A stretch of DNA of 64,000 nucleotides from Bigelowiella natans CCMP2755 (Eukaryota; Protista; Cercozoa): the NCBI GenBank assembly GCA_000320545.1, contig ADNK01003167.1, positions 1 to 64,000 of the forward strand, given 5' to 3'. Below, piece after piece: positions 1 to 14,000 of this stretch. The stretch's first letter is position 1. Every line of letters starts with the position of its first letter. A program made the position numbers and the translations under genes. Under the pieces are notes generated by a model. It searched no databases. It worked only from the letters and a program-made list of their open reading frames with translations, and was not told the DNA's origin.

Positions 1-168
1 CCCTAACTACCTACCTACCTACCTACCTAACCTACCCTACCTAACCCTAACCCTAACCCTAACCCTAACCCTAACCCTAACCCTAACCCTAACCCTAACC
101 CTAACCCTAACCCTAACCCTAACCCTAACCCTAACCCTAACCCTAACCCTAACCCTAACCCTAACCCT
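1..168. repeat. Telomeric repeat array (CCCTAA)n = TTAGGG on the minus strand; chromosome left end
   Basis: About 20 perfect CCCTAA units at ~45-168. The outermost ~45 nt are degenerate (CCTA/CTAC units). Confidence 0.97.
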
Positions 169-1560
169 ATTTGGTCCTTGAACCCTGACCGTTGGTCACC
201 GAATGCTGAATTCAAACCCCTTTGCAACTGCCCAAATCTCTGCAACAAGTGGGTTTTGAATCAACTTCGCTTTGCGCGTGCGGCCTGGCGCGCTCAATCG
301 TTGCAAGTGGACATTGGAACCACACTGGAGCCTGTTTGAGGTTCAAACTTGATTTTTTTTTCGAATTTCAGCTTGAAAACCTCGTTTTTCAACGCCTGCC
401 AGCGGGCTAAAGTTGAAAAAAATGTTGCCACTTTTGAACACGCTGGCGCATTTGCATTTGCGTGCCACAAGTTTTGCAAGCTCATGAGGGTGTGCACACA
501 TTTGCTTTGTGGACGTGCGAAGTTTCAGCACACGCACGCAAAAAGCATGCACCTGGGCGCACATGAACGCGCAAATGTGCACTCAATGACTCTCAATTGA
601 AAATTCATGCCATTTGTTGCACACTTGATGCAGTTGTGTTGTCCCCGAACCCCAAACCCTGACCCTTTGTCCCCATGCCTGACCCGGGACTCTGATGCTG
701 CATGGACTGCGATGGGAGCTTGGCACCACGCTGACATGGCGCTGCGTTGGTTGTTTGCATGAATCAAATTGTTGGAAATTGCACGTTCATGGCTCGACAG
801 AACTCTGCTTGCGCAGTTTGCACAATTGCATGCATGAGTTTTGGACCATGCATGACACGTCATCGAACTAATTGCAATCACGTGGCATGGTGGCCAGGCA
901 TGCGATGTGAGCAAAAATGCGGCGGCGGGTGTGCGTTGACCAGTTGAAGTTGTTTAGCTCCAGAGCTGGTGATGCACTTGACATGCTAGCATGATGCATG
1001 CATGTTTTGTCCGCAGCTGTTCACATTGCGTTGCGTTTGCAAGTGTTCTGTGCAGCATGCATGAAGTACAAGTCACATGGAACGACCATTTTGTCTTCGC
1101 AAACGTTTGTGCTGCGTTCCGATGATGATCATGAGTTGCTTTGCTTTGCAAATTGGAGGTTCATCGACTGAACGAACCTCTTCTGCAAGCCTTCTCCCAT
1201 GACTCAAATCTTGAGATTGGCAGCAATCACATCCCTGTTCGCCTGACAACGATTTGCAATGTTCGATGCAGATGCATGTCAGTGCACATTCATCCTTTCG
1301 GGTGTCATGTGTGACAAATGCACACACAAGTGTTTCTTTTTGTTGTGGTGATGAAAAATGATGCTTTCATGATCTACACACAGGCAACCTACCTTTCTTG
1401 CCTGCAAGATTGAATCTGTGAGATCCTTGGCAGTCCAGCTAGCGCTCTGTTTCATGAGTGGAACCATGTGACATAAACATCTGGGTTGATGAATGTGCAC
1501 CAAGTGTGTGTGCGTGTGTTTGTGTTGCAGCAAAATGTGTCAGTCGCATCGATGGATTGC
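169..1560. other. Subtelomeric block, TpA-depleted and TG/CA-rich (hypermutated)
   Basis: About 7 TA dinucleotides in ~1.3 kb by eye (408, 955, 987, 1067, 1375, 1390, 1440). Many tgca/catg/cacg words. Degenerate telomere-like units at 181-190 and 643-690. Confidence 0.85.
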
Positions 1561-2752
1561 AGTTCTACCTGGCGCTTTTGCTTCATCATCTTCTTCTTGA
1601 GGAGGCTGCTCATGTGGCTGCTAGAGTGGGCAGTGTTGCCCCCCTTAGCTCCCCCCCCTTTTTTGCTGCTCTTAACTGTTCTCGGAGCGTAGAGACTCTT
1701 TCGCCTGGAAGGGCGCTGCTGATTCTCTTTCTCAGGGATGGAGAAATCACCTCTCATTCTATGTCACCAAGAGGCAAGAGGGAACATAAATCATTACAGA
1801 GCATTTTCGGTTGATATTCATTCACATCACTACTACTTACTCACTTTCTGCTACACATGCTATCATCATTGTTCTCATTCGTCATTATAGATTACCGAGA
1901 CTGCAAGGTAAGCTTCTCAATGATCCTTCTTTGTTTTTGCAGCTCATCTTGAAGTTTCCTATTTTCAATCTTGATCTGCTGGTGTAAGTGAATGCGCTGT
2001 TTAGGGTTACGATGAGACACCAAAGATGCATTTTCATTCTGAAGATGCCTTACAAGCTCCTATTAAATAAAATAAGAAGAGTAAGATATCAATGACGATA
2101 CAATAATAGAGCAGAAAATCAATGCTAAAATACTACTATTACTACTACTACTACTACGCTACTACACAACAACCCAAAAGTAGGCATTAAATTATTTTTC
2201 TCTTTCCCTCTAACTTGAAGAAGATAATACAAGATGTACTACAACTACTACTACTACTACTACTACTATCTATCTATTACCTTCTGCTTTGTGAATTGGT
2301 TGATAGGTTTCTTCCTATTCTCTTCATCAAGTCTCAATTTGAGCTCAATGTTCTCCTGTAGGAGCTTCTTGGCACGATCTAAGGTAGAATCTTTGATGAT
2401 TTCCTCCTCCTCATGATCTTTCTTCAAAGCCTCGAGCATATCTGCAAGCTTTCCTAGCAGAGCAGCCCTGTCTTTACTTTGGCTCTTGATTCGTTGGTTA
2501 CTATTCTTGAGATCGGCTACTTCTCTTACAGCTTGTCGGTGCTCCTTTTCTAGTTTCTCATACTTAACTCGCATCTGTGCGTGCTGTTGCTTCGATCGTT
2601 CCTGCTGAGCGCGAAGCCTTTCCATTTTGGAACCGATCTCTCCTACTGCTTTCGCCTCAGCAAGACGCTTTGCAGATGAGAGCTGAGCAGCACGGTCTTT
2701 TATGTGCTGAATCGTCAAGTCCTGTGAGTGTATGTATGAAGTTATGTGGAAA

Positions 2753-2793
<41 letters not shown>

Positions 2794-3536
2794 TGTAGAG
2801 AGGGAGACTAGTGTGTAGGAAGATATAAACCTAATAATCGTCGCTTACATAATAGGATATATATAATGAATATATATATAAATATTTCCAAGGTTGGGAG
2901 GACTGGAAAAAGGACAACTGGCTATACAAAACACATGATAATGATGATGATGATGATAACAAATGGTACTCTCTCTTTCTCTCTCTCTACCTTTTCTGAG
3001 ATCTGCATTTGAAGGATTTTGAGCTTGTCAGTCATCTTTTTGATGGAATTCTTGTGCGTTTTCTTGAGCTTGGCCATCTGGTCATCATTCGTAGCTCTGA
3101 ACTTTGCTTCTATATCAGCAGTAACTTTAGAGATCAACTCCTTCTCCTTTTGCTCCAAGGTAATAGCGTTCTGCTCTTTCAACTGTTGTAGCTTAGTAGC
3201 TTGGATTACTACTTGTTCGTTCTAATAGCGATGATGGTTTGCATCGATAATTATAATTATCATGGTCAGAATAAGGAGTAGTATATGCTAACATCTCAAT
3301 CATCACTACATGTATCCGTACTTGGTGTGAGTTTACTAGTAGAGAACATTTAATAATAATGACAACAATAAGAGTCTAATCGTTCAATAGGAGTGGTAAC
3401 TACTACTACTAGTAGTAATATTAGAAAACATATAACTATTGTAATATAGTGACCAAAAGAAGAAGAAGAAGAAGATTTTCTCGAATGAAACAGACAACTA
3501 AAGCTCGCGCACACACACAACTATACACACACACAC

Positions 3537-3574
<38 letters not shown>

Positions 3575-5553
3575 GTATATATAGAAAGAAGACTACTTTG
3601 ATTTTGTTTGCCAAACTTCGTAGTTTCGAGCATTCGTCTTTAGCTTTAGCAGCCTCTTGAGCACATAGTGTAGCTTTGTGTTGCTGTTCCTTGAGATCCT
3701 TGTTCAATTTGATAATTTGTGCGGATTTCTCCGCAGACATGGAACGCAGTTTTGAGATCTTAGCTTTCTCAGTAGCCATATCTTTCTTTCCTACTTCTAT
3801 GATATCTTTTAAGTCATTTACTTTCTTTTCTGAGGCAGCTATAACCTCAATACCTGAAGCAACCTTGGATACCAGTCCCTCGATCTTATGCCTCTGCAAC
3901 TTGATCAGATTCTCACATTCTAACCGTTTTTTATCTGCCCGAGTAGCGAATCCTCGTAGGTGCTCAATCTCATTTTTTAAGTTTCGAGTGATATTCTGCT
4001 TTTCGGATGATAATGTGTTAACTTGCTCCTTGAGTATCTTCTCCTTGTTCTTTGCCTCCTCCAACTTTGTATGCATTTGTTGCATCTCTACTTGTGCATT
4101 TTTATTCGTCTCAATGAGCTCTGAAAGCTTACCACCCATCTCTTGAATTTTGGCCTCCTTTTCACAAAGATTTTCCTTGAAAGAGGCGATCATATCAAGT
4201 TGCTTTTGCTTTACTTCCCTGATCTCAATATTAGCAGCTTCAAGCTTGGAGGTTGTGGTACAGTTGGCAGTTGTGAGGTTAGATATCGTCTTCGTCATCT
4301 CTTCAATATGAGCCTTCTTCTCACCGAGTTGTGTCGCAGAAGTTGTGATTGAGATCTTGAGTTCTTCAACTTCTACCTTCAGATTTTCAACCTGACTCTC
4401 AAATGCCATTGAATGACCCGTTGTAGTATCTAGCTGCTGCCTAAGATCCTCTGTTAATTTCTTCTCAAGTAAGAGAGCAGCCTCCTTCTCCTTAAGGTTG
4501 TTCTCCATTACTTTCTTTGCCTGTAAGAGAGCAATCTCCTTCTCCTTGAGAAGCATTTTAGATTGTTCGTCAGCCTTTTCCATTTTTGCGTAGAGATTGT
4601 CCATATCAAGCATCTTAGCAGCCAATTCTTGCTTTGAATCAGTGAGAAGGTCATGTGTATGCTTGAGGGAGTCATTCAAAAGCTGAATCTTCTTACCATA
4701 CAGGGATTTTTCCTCTTTTAAGGCATCATGAGCATCTTGTAGCTCAGCAATCTTTGTTTCTAGGGAGGAGATACAAGTCTCTTTTTCTCCAATGATCTTA
4801 CTCATCTTCTTCGTTTCACTTTGGAGACACACAACTCTTAACTCAAAATCATCAATAGTAGCTTCCATAGTGCTCACGCTTTCAACTGTCTTGATCTCCT
4901 TCATCATAGCATCTTGAAGCATCATCTTATGCCTTTCAATCTCCTTACCAGCATGACGAAGTTGATCACTAAGGTCATTCTTTTCCTGTGTTTGTTCGGA
5001 GACTTGAGAATGAAGCTCAGTGATGAGAGCTTCTGACGCTTGAAGTTGATTTTTGTAATTATCAAGTTCTTGAGTGATACGTTTGTACTCTCCAGTTTTT
5101 TCGGCTTTTTCTGCTTCAAGAGCCTCAACTCTTGCTGATGACCACCTTACAAAAGCATTTACCTTCTTAATCAAGAAATCTAAGGTAAAAGCATCTTTAA
5201 AGTTCAGCGATCGAGTAATTGAGCGTCGGTGCTGCTCCTTCTGTTGTTGCTTCTCTTCATGTTGTGCAGTATTGCTACTTGCATTTCGAGCGCTTGACTT
5301 CATCTCCTTGTCACCATCATCAATAATGTTTTCAGATCTTTTCTCTTTTTCACCCTCCTTGTTCTCCCCTTCCTCCTCCTCCTCCTTTTCTCTCCCTTCT
5401 TCTTCTTGTAGAAGTTCTTCTTTCAAGGGCTTGGTGATATTATTCATACTAGTCTTTTCTGGTGAGAGATAGTAAGAGTGGACGGCGCTTTTCTCGGTCA
5501 CAAACAACTCAGGCTTTTCCCACGTAGTTTCTCCGCTCTAATAATCGATCATC

Positions 5554-5589
<36 letters not shown>

Positions 5590-6496
5590 GTTATTTATGT
5601 TTATACGTACGACGCAGTATTATATATAGAGTGGTAGCAATGAGTAACAATACAATCATTATTATGTGAGTAGTCATCGTAGATTAATGAGTTCATTATA
5701 TTGAACACCGGTAACAATTATTATTACTGCTAATTGAGTAGTAGTAGTAGTCTCCAATGAGAATTCTTCTTCTTCTTACTGTTCTTACTGACCAGGGCAT
5801 TGTAAAAATAAGCACAGTTTGAATCTTTATCGACGTATCTAATCCAAGGAGTAATAGTGCTGTGATGAGCATCCTTTGCATCCATCAACTCCTCAGCTTG
5901 TCGCATCTTTAGAAAGAAGTAAATCATGATGATGATCATTTAGAACATAAAAAATAGGATTTCACAATCAATCCTCTGTTGTCCCTCCCTCCCTCCCTCT
6001 AATACTACTGCTACTACTACTATATGATTATGTAAATCAGTTTGTACATACCTCCTCGTGAAGTTTCTTTGTTATTTCTGTTATCTTCTGTCGCTCAGCA
6101 CATCTTTCATTCTCTATGCCATGTAGTTCCTGTGTTTAGATGACAATTAGAGAGAAAAGGAGAGCAATGAACGTAGTATAGTAGTAGTAATAGTTTTTAT
6201 AAAATGATGCTTTTGATTACAAAGGTGATAACCAACTCAACAGTACTACTATCAGGCTGTTCCAGCATCTTACTTTGTTCAAGCGCTCTACCATTTCCTT
6301 CTGAGTCTGGTATTATGATAATAGTATTAAGTGATGGAATATATGTATATACATTTTTATATAATTGAGATTGATATGCATTATTACATATGCATGGAAT
6401 AAAGATTACGATGAAAATAAAACTTGCGAAGAGGTAGACTTGCTGCGAAATTGGAGCATGGTCATATTTCGTATATAATCCATCTATAATATGCAG

Positions 6497-6530
<34 letters not shown>

Positions 6531-6761
6531 GCCTCACATTCAGCTCAACTTGTGTACGAAGATGCTCTGCGGGTGAAGGACTACGATAAGATCCACGCGA
6601 ACTCGATCGAGACGAAGGTTTTACCTTTGAATCAATATAGTGATGCATAAAGGATAAATATTAACAATATCTTTTCCGGAACTTAAAATGGAATGATGTA
6701 TGTACGTGCATTAGAGTTATGACAAAATCATATCAGGGATATCGACATCATCTTCATTATT

Positions 6762-6793
<32 letters not shown>

Positions 6794-6927
6794 GAACAAC
6801 ATATCAAATGTTTCATGATCCACTAAGTACCATCATAGAATGACGGCGAGACTTTCTAGAGGATGTATGCAATGAGGGAACCTAAACGTTTTGGGGGGGG
6901 GGGGGAAGAGGGTTAGAATTTACGGTT

Positions 6928-6963
<36 letters not shown>

Positions 6964-7622
6964 AGTAGTTGTAGTTGTTAGCTGTAGTAGCGAGGAGGCT
7001 ATTGTTTGGCGACATTTCTTTGTTGACATGCATTTTGATAAGAAAAACTGTCTTAAGAAGCCACCATTTCATTTTCGCTCATGCTAATACCTTGAATTTC
7101 TTGCTTGGGGTACTGTTGGTCGAGCTGGACGGAGTGTCGTTTTCAATACCACGCTTTTCCTTGGTGAATGAAACAACCAAGCCACTCTGTTTGACGCTAT
7201 TTAATACTTTATAGTGCCCTGGGCCTGGAACCTATTCGAAGTAAGAAGAAGAGATCAAATAATACATTCTTCTTTCTGTCTGCAATGTCAACTGAGTATG
7301 ATACAACTCTATTAGTGTCGTAGTACTACAAACTCATCAACCTTCGGTTCCGGCATCTTGAAGCGTGCCACTTTGGACTTAAACGCACAACTGCGATTAG
7401 CAAGTAAGTAAGTAAGTAAGTAGTAGCCACAGAATAACAATTTCAATCAGCTTGTCTAAGCGGTGGAGGCGTAGGAGACGAGTACCTCATTTTGACAGCG
7501 TAGACGCACGATCGACGACGATTTCTGAAGGTGGCGTTTGTCGGTTGAATAATGTGAGGCAAATTAGTGCACCACCAGTGCACCTACATGTACTTGTACC
7601 AAGGATCCTTGTGTGCGACATG
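1440..7622 (-). CDS. Large multi-exon coiled-coil protein, HMMR/RHAMM-like, with a partial WW-like motif; both ends approximate
   Basis: Heptad-rich exons 3595-5540, 2960-3225 and 2270-2720. Exon ~1895-2060 reads LVSHRNPKQRIHLHQQIKIENRKL, matching the HMMR/KIF15 C-terminal motif. N-terminal exons read SCAFKSKVARF and VPGPGHY. Exon ~5790-5908 reads PWIRYVDKDSNCAYFYN (WW-like). Confidence 0.7.
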
Positions 7623-8133
7623 AAGTTCTGCCAGTCTTTTGATAACAAATAGATGAAGTTTTAACAAAAATTGCTCTTTCAAAAATGTATGCCAACGGCT
7701 AGAAAGAAGCCCTGTCAGATGCGACATTCATTTCTCCAATTGTTTAAAATTTCGTGAAGATCCTTTAAAGCAATAAGAAAATCACCGATAGTACTTTGAA
7801 TAAATCCGTAAATATCCGATACTGCCAGCAATGTCACCTGGGACCGGGGAGTAACAGGGTATTCAAACGACACAAGAGGGGCTTTTTCATTTTTGTGAGC
7901 TTTGCATTACTTTCAGATCTTTCAAGGGTGATAGTCATTGAATATTTATCTCCAGTTTTACTAAATTAAGTACATTATTTGCAGAAATTCATTTGATATA
8001 GGCTGATTTCAAAAAATAGCGAGCCATCCTTTAACAAATATTGCTTAAAATTGCTACCTACAATTGCACAAGCAAGCACCCAGAAGGCGTTGCGGATCCA
8101 ACCTGTTGCGTTAGTAGCTCCCATAAACTCATC

Positions 8134-8687
8134 ATGCGTTTCGCTCGCTCTCTAGTATCCCGCCTTTCTGCAACCCGGTCTTTTGCTGTCAGAAGAACGT
8201 TTTCTACTCTTTACACAAAAGAGCACGAATATGTCAAGGCGGATGGGGACCTTCACTTCATGGGGATTTCCGACCATGCGCAAAGTGAGCTTGGAGATGT
8301 TGTCTTCGTCGAACTTCCTGAAGTTGGCACCGAATTCGCCAAGGTTTAAGATATTTATTTTTGTGTTGCGTGCACTCGATCATCTTAGTGGATTTATGGA
8401 GGAGAGAGATCTACAGCCCTATTATCTTATTTTCATATCCATCCTGTTCATTTTTGCAGGGGGATGCCCTGGGTTCGGTCGAAAGTGTAAAAGCTGCAAG
8501 TTCAGTGTATGCTCCTGTCGATTGTGAGATTGTTGAAGTGAATGAGAGCCTAGAAGATAATCACGGCCTTGTGAATGAATCTGCTGAAGAAGATGGCTGG
8601 ATGGTAAAGCTGAAAGCCACAAATCCTGATCAGCTTAGCGACCTTATGGACGCTGATGCTTATGCTGCATTTTGCAATGAGGAATAA
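8134..8687 (+). CDS. GCSH: Glycine cleavage system H protein, mitochondrial; intron 8344-8459
   Basis: Motifs [26 protein letters not shown], lipoyl-lysine [13 protein letters not shown] and GWMVKLK. Arg/Ser-rich presequence. The GT-AG intron restores the frame. Confidence 0.96.
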
Positions 8688-8699
8688 TATCAATGGCTG

Positions 8700-10130
8700 A
8701 GTTAATTGAAGGATTAACCTGCCACGCGCAATGTCCTTGACACGATGAGCACAATGATAATGCATTGTGAGTATGTACGTAACCACATTGCTGAGCGAGC
8801 GTAACAGAGCACTGTGTCATTGAAGTTGCATGTCTAATATGTTGTGCGCTCGTAGAGACATGTCTCCATGCGTGCATGCGCGTGTAACACATACATGTAC
8901 TGCAAATCTAGAAGTCTTCACATCCATGCGCTAGACAACACTGCTAGATCGACTGGCTGCTGTCTAGCGATAGCTAGCTAGTTCTAGAGCTGCGTTTTCC
9001 ATATTTCATGGCGCATTGATTCTAAAATTGCTAGAGATTGTTGAAGGCATGCTAGCTAGCTAGCTCTAGAGCTGCTACTCATCAGATGCATCAAACATTC
9101 ATCATGTATCATCACAGCTGTGGACAGCGCGATCATGCACAGCACTAGAGCATTGCTAGATTGCCCGCAATGACGCCCACTAGCAAGCTCTACTCTGCTA
9201 GCTATGCTTGCTAGATGTGCACGCAGTCCAAGCAGTGCTAGAGTGCCATGGAGTGCTCTAGCTCATAGTAGCTAGCTAGCTAGTGCTGCCTGTCACAGCT
9301 AGCAGCTAATGCACCATCTAGCTAGCTAGCCAGCATGCTAGCATCATGCGCAGCACATGGCAGTGTGCGCGCAGTGAGCACATCGCTAGACACGTGGCAG
9401 CACTGCGAGCACACAGCTAGTACTAGAGTAGCTAGTCAGACAGCGTCACCACACTAGCACACATGCTAGCATGGTGGTCTAATGGTGCGTGTGACCACAA
9501 CTGTGGCTAGTGCAATGCGACATGATCTAGCTGTCTAGCTGTGCTAGAGCTAGACAATGGACATTGTCTAGCTAGTGATGCGTGAGCCGGCACAACTTAA
9601 TAATTCAGCGCGCATCGCATGCCAATGATCACGTGCTAGCTAAGCTAGCTAGCGTGTGCTGCTAACTAACTCCATGTCTTATTATAGACACGTAATATCA
9701 TATATATATTATATATGCTATTACTATGTCTATTATTGTCACTAGTCTAGCTAGCCGCCAGAGCTAGGTCGTTGATCTCGGACTTGTGAGACGGATGTGA
9801 TCAATCAAATTGAATTTGTTCAATGGCTAGCAGATAGTCATCGCTGCTAGGCTGTGCTGCACGCACTGCGCAGCTGAGCGCAGCATCTACAGCATACAGT
9901 CCATCATCTGTCGATCCGCCCGGCAGCATTCGGCGACCAACATTGCAGGCACGATCATCGATCACGGCATCTTTGCTGCACTATGCGTCTAGTGCTAGCT
10001 AGACTAGTAGAGTGTGGTGTTGCGACGATGCTGAGTCACCAATTGGTGTTCTTTGCTCCAGTGAGTCAGCTGTTGCAACCCTCTCATCATTCCTTCCTAC
10101 ACCATTTGCATGCACGTGTCATCGTCGACT
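8700..10130. other. Intergenic CTAG-rich block, otherwise partly TA-depleted
   Basis: About 50 CTAG by eye in 8900-10010, including (CTAG)2-3 runs, among catg/tgca words. No credible ORF. A TIR-family end lies at ~9786-9830. Confidence 0.75.
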
Positions 10131-10253
10131 TCGTAAAATTCCCAAATTTTAGTTGAGACTTGTAGCAAAGAGAAGAGCCACAAGATCAGCAAGCAGCAGC
10201 GATCAAATTACATCTAGATATATCTGCTGCACTGCTATGATTGATCTTAATCT

Positions 10254-10320
10254 TTAGTAGCCCATTGGAGGCATACCAGCGTCATCCTTTTCCTCTGGCT
10301 TTTCAGCAACAACTGCGACA

Positions 10321-10358
<38 letters not shown>

Positions 10359-10443
10359 ATTGGAGGTTAGGTCAATAATCCTCCACCATCATCATCCCCA
10401 CGATCATGATCATTATCATCATCATCGTCCTGTAAGCACATTT

Positions 10444-10476
<33 letters not shown>

Positions 10477-10995
10477 CAGCATCTGATGTAAGGAAGACTT
10501 TGGCAACGGAGACACCATTCTCAACAACGGAACGAATCACTTTCGTCGGATCGATCACGCCCATCTTTAGCATGTTGCCATATTCATCGGAAGCTAATGA
10601 AAAATGTATGTACTTCATCAGAATTTACAACTTTTAGCTTTACCGAAAACACTGTCGTAATGTTATATATATTAACTATAAATATGTACTACCACTAGAA
10701 GATAACCTGCGTTCCAGCCATAATCAGCGTCGCCTTCTTGTCCCTTGAGGACGTTGTTGATTACCACATCACCAGTTTCACCAGCATTCGAAGCAATGAG
10801 TCTGAGTGGCCACTTGAGTGCTCTTTGGATGATGTCGGCACCCATTTGTTGCTCGGTGTTCTCCAGAGACTCACGGATCTATTGGTAAAAGAAGAGATTT
10901 GTTGTTTGTATCATAGAGACGTAGAAGAAGATGACGAAGAAGAAGGAGTAGTATTTATGCTAGCATCTATCATTCTACTACTATTACTATGATGG

Positions 10996-11039
<44 letters not shown>

Positions 11040-14000
11040 TCAACCTCATCGATCTTCTTCGAAAGCTTGAGCAGCGTTGTTCCCCCTCCAGCAACAATAC
11101 CCTCTTCCACTGCAGATTTGGTGGCACAGAGAGCATCCTCAACCTTGAGTTTCTTCTCCTTGAGCTCGGTTTCCGTAGTAGCTCCTACCTCAACCTACAA
11201 CAATATATATGATTATGATGATGATGATGATGATGATGACAATGATAGTGATAATGATAATGATAATGAAACCGGGTGGTGAATGTGGTAGTGATCATCA
11301 AGTTTACTACGACAATAACATTACCACTGCAACCCCACCAGCTAGACGTGCAATACGTTCATTAAGCTTGTCAAGTTCATATGTCGATGCACCGGATCCT
11401 AATAATCATCACATCCTCATCAAATCATCATATATGAGTTAGACTACTACTACCATTCTAATGAATAATTACTTAAAAAAAATAATAAAACGACAATAAT
11501 AAGACAATAATTAAAATAACAGTTATGATAAAAACTGATGTTAATTGTCACAATATAAAAATGAAATAAGACATGCACCACCGATTTCTATCCTGTTACT
11601 ATAGGGTTAGTGAGTGAGTGAGATATTATTTCTGCAATAGGCAATCAACACGTGTGTTTGCATGCAGCATGGATGGATGGATACCTACCTTTGGCTCTCT
11701 CATCGGCAATAAGTTTTTCAATTTGCTTCACACGTGCGGTTACTTCATCAGTCGTAGAGCCGTCACCAACAATGGTAGTGACCTCTTTTGCGACATCAAT
11801 GGATGCTGTTCTACCTAGAGAATCAATTGTAGCCTAGTAGTATGCAACGAAGAAACAAAAATGAATAAATCAATAGTTGCATCAAATCACCACCAAAGCA
11901 AACAATAACAAGCTTGTTTTGTGTATCTTTTTTATTCTTCTATTTCTTCATGAGCAGTGAGGAACTATATGTGCAATACATAAATTAAATTCTTATGTTT
12001 CTTTAGAACTCTACTGCTATATTACTGCAACTACTACTAGCTAGTTTCTACTACCTTCTCAAGTGTCAAACCAACCTCATCCTTGATGACCTGAATATGA
12101 AGACAATTTAACCAAAAAACTATAATATTATTCATTCATACACAGTACAGACATAATCTTCTGATATCTTCGCCCTCGTCATTATCATCATCATCATCAT
12201 CATTTATTACTTGTCCTCCAGTTAGAATAGCAATATCCTCAAGATAAGAGCTCTTTCGATCACCGAAGCCAGGAGCTTTGATTGCACATACCTTTGTGGA
12301 AGAGTTAGAGAGAGAGGGAGAGAAAGAGAGAGAGTCTTCTTTAGATACTATACGAATTCAAAACGAATTTCAATCCTAATTAATGATCTACATTGATGGT
12401 GAGCAATGTAGTAGTCGTGGTAGTAGTAGTAGTAGTAGTAGTTGTAGTAGGAGGTTAAATTACCTTCAATCCGCCACGGAGCTTATTGAGGACAAGGGTA
12501 GAGAGAACCTCCTGATCGATATCCTCAGCTGCAGTATTAATAGTAAAGAAGAAGGGGAAAACAAGAAATGATCAAAGTAAGAAATCAAGAAAAAAAGAGG
12601 CGACATTATTCTTCCTACTTGGGGAAACAGACAGCCTAATGAACGTTAAGTTCTTCGTTGTATTATGAGAAACTAACCAATGATAAGTAGAGGCCATCCC
12701 CCCTTGACTGTCTCTTCCAGAATTCCTATCATTTCCCTTGCAGAGGTAATTTTCTTATCGACAAGGAGAAGCCTGGCGTTCTGGTACGTGCACGACATGC
12801 GTTCGGTGTCGGTAACAAAGTACGGAGAAATGTACCCTCGATCAAATTGCATACCTAAGAAGAAGAAGAAGAAAAAGAAGAAGAAGAAGAAGAGAACAAG
12901 TAGTAGTAGCCCCAACAAGAAGATACCAAGCAAGAAACAAACAAAACAAACAAAGGAGGAGCAATCAAGAGCAGCATTCCAAAGCAGCAGAATAAGAGCA
13001 AGATCTACTACTATATTATCGTCACTCATTATCATGCATGATTATTTGGTTGATACTAGTACCTTCAATAACTCGTAGATTGTTCTCGGTCGATTTCCCT
13101 TCTTCGAGAGTGATAACACCGTTGCGTCCTACCTCTTTGTACGCTCCAGCTATCATATCCCCGATTTCAGTGTTACCTCCTGCTGAGATAGTAGCTACCT
13201 CTCCAATTTGCTCGTCGGAGACGTCGTTAGAGAGTTCTTTGAGGTAATTCACCAACTCACGCCCTGTCCTCTCCATACCACGTACTATCTGGACTGGGTT
13301 TACTCCAGACGAAACCACTGATTGACGATTGATGATACACAATCACAAATGTGTGATGAACAGATAATGATGAGTGTTAAATAATAATCCCTATTATAGA
13401 TATTTACATTTCTAGTCTTCTTTTTTATTCGATTTGTCATGATAGTAATTCCCCATACCATACCCACGAATTTTCATAATAGTAATTCGTCCTACCGTAC
13501 CTCCCAAAATATACAATGTCTATTCATGTTGGCACTACTATTATTTCAATGTTTTGTTTGTGGGTCTTCTTATCATACAGGTCGCTGCTCCAATTTATTC
13601 TCTTGTAAAGACCTTTCATTCCTTCCGAAATCATGGCATGAGAAAGGATGATGGCAGTAGTAGTTCCATCACCCGCCAAATCGTTTGTGCGGGTCGATGC
13701 CTCACGAACTAACTTGCATCCCATGTTTTCCAATGGTTCCTACAACAGGCAACAAGGTACAGAACACACAGCAACCATAACCTTCATTAGTCATTATTCT
13801 CCTGTTCTATTCAAGTGTAAATAGATTATTTTAATTTCTACATCGCATCTTTGATTTTTTATGCTCTAGTGGTATACACTACTACAATTGATGAAGGTGA
13901 GATGATAAGTTACAGCATTATTAGATGATGTGTTTGAATAATACTTCAAGCTCCACTTGCTTTGCGATCGTTACTCCGTCGTTCACAATAGTTGGGGTGC

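Noticed and set aside
27-248. Poly-LG ORF
   Set aside because: It is a translation of the telomeric repeat.
222-1533. Many short Cys/His-rich ORFs (also 32700-34130, 48640-51090, 53415-54930) as genes
   Set aside because: They overlap on both strands, lack Tyr and carry no motifs. Loss of TAA/TAG stops explains them.
1-1560. Nucleomorph chromosome end
   Set aside because: There is no subtelomeric rDNA, the repeat is TTAGGG, and introns are long rather than the tiny nucleomorph type.
3676-5472. Plus-strand ORFs opposite the coiled-coil exon
   Set aside because: They are antisense shadows of the real minus-strand exon.
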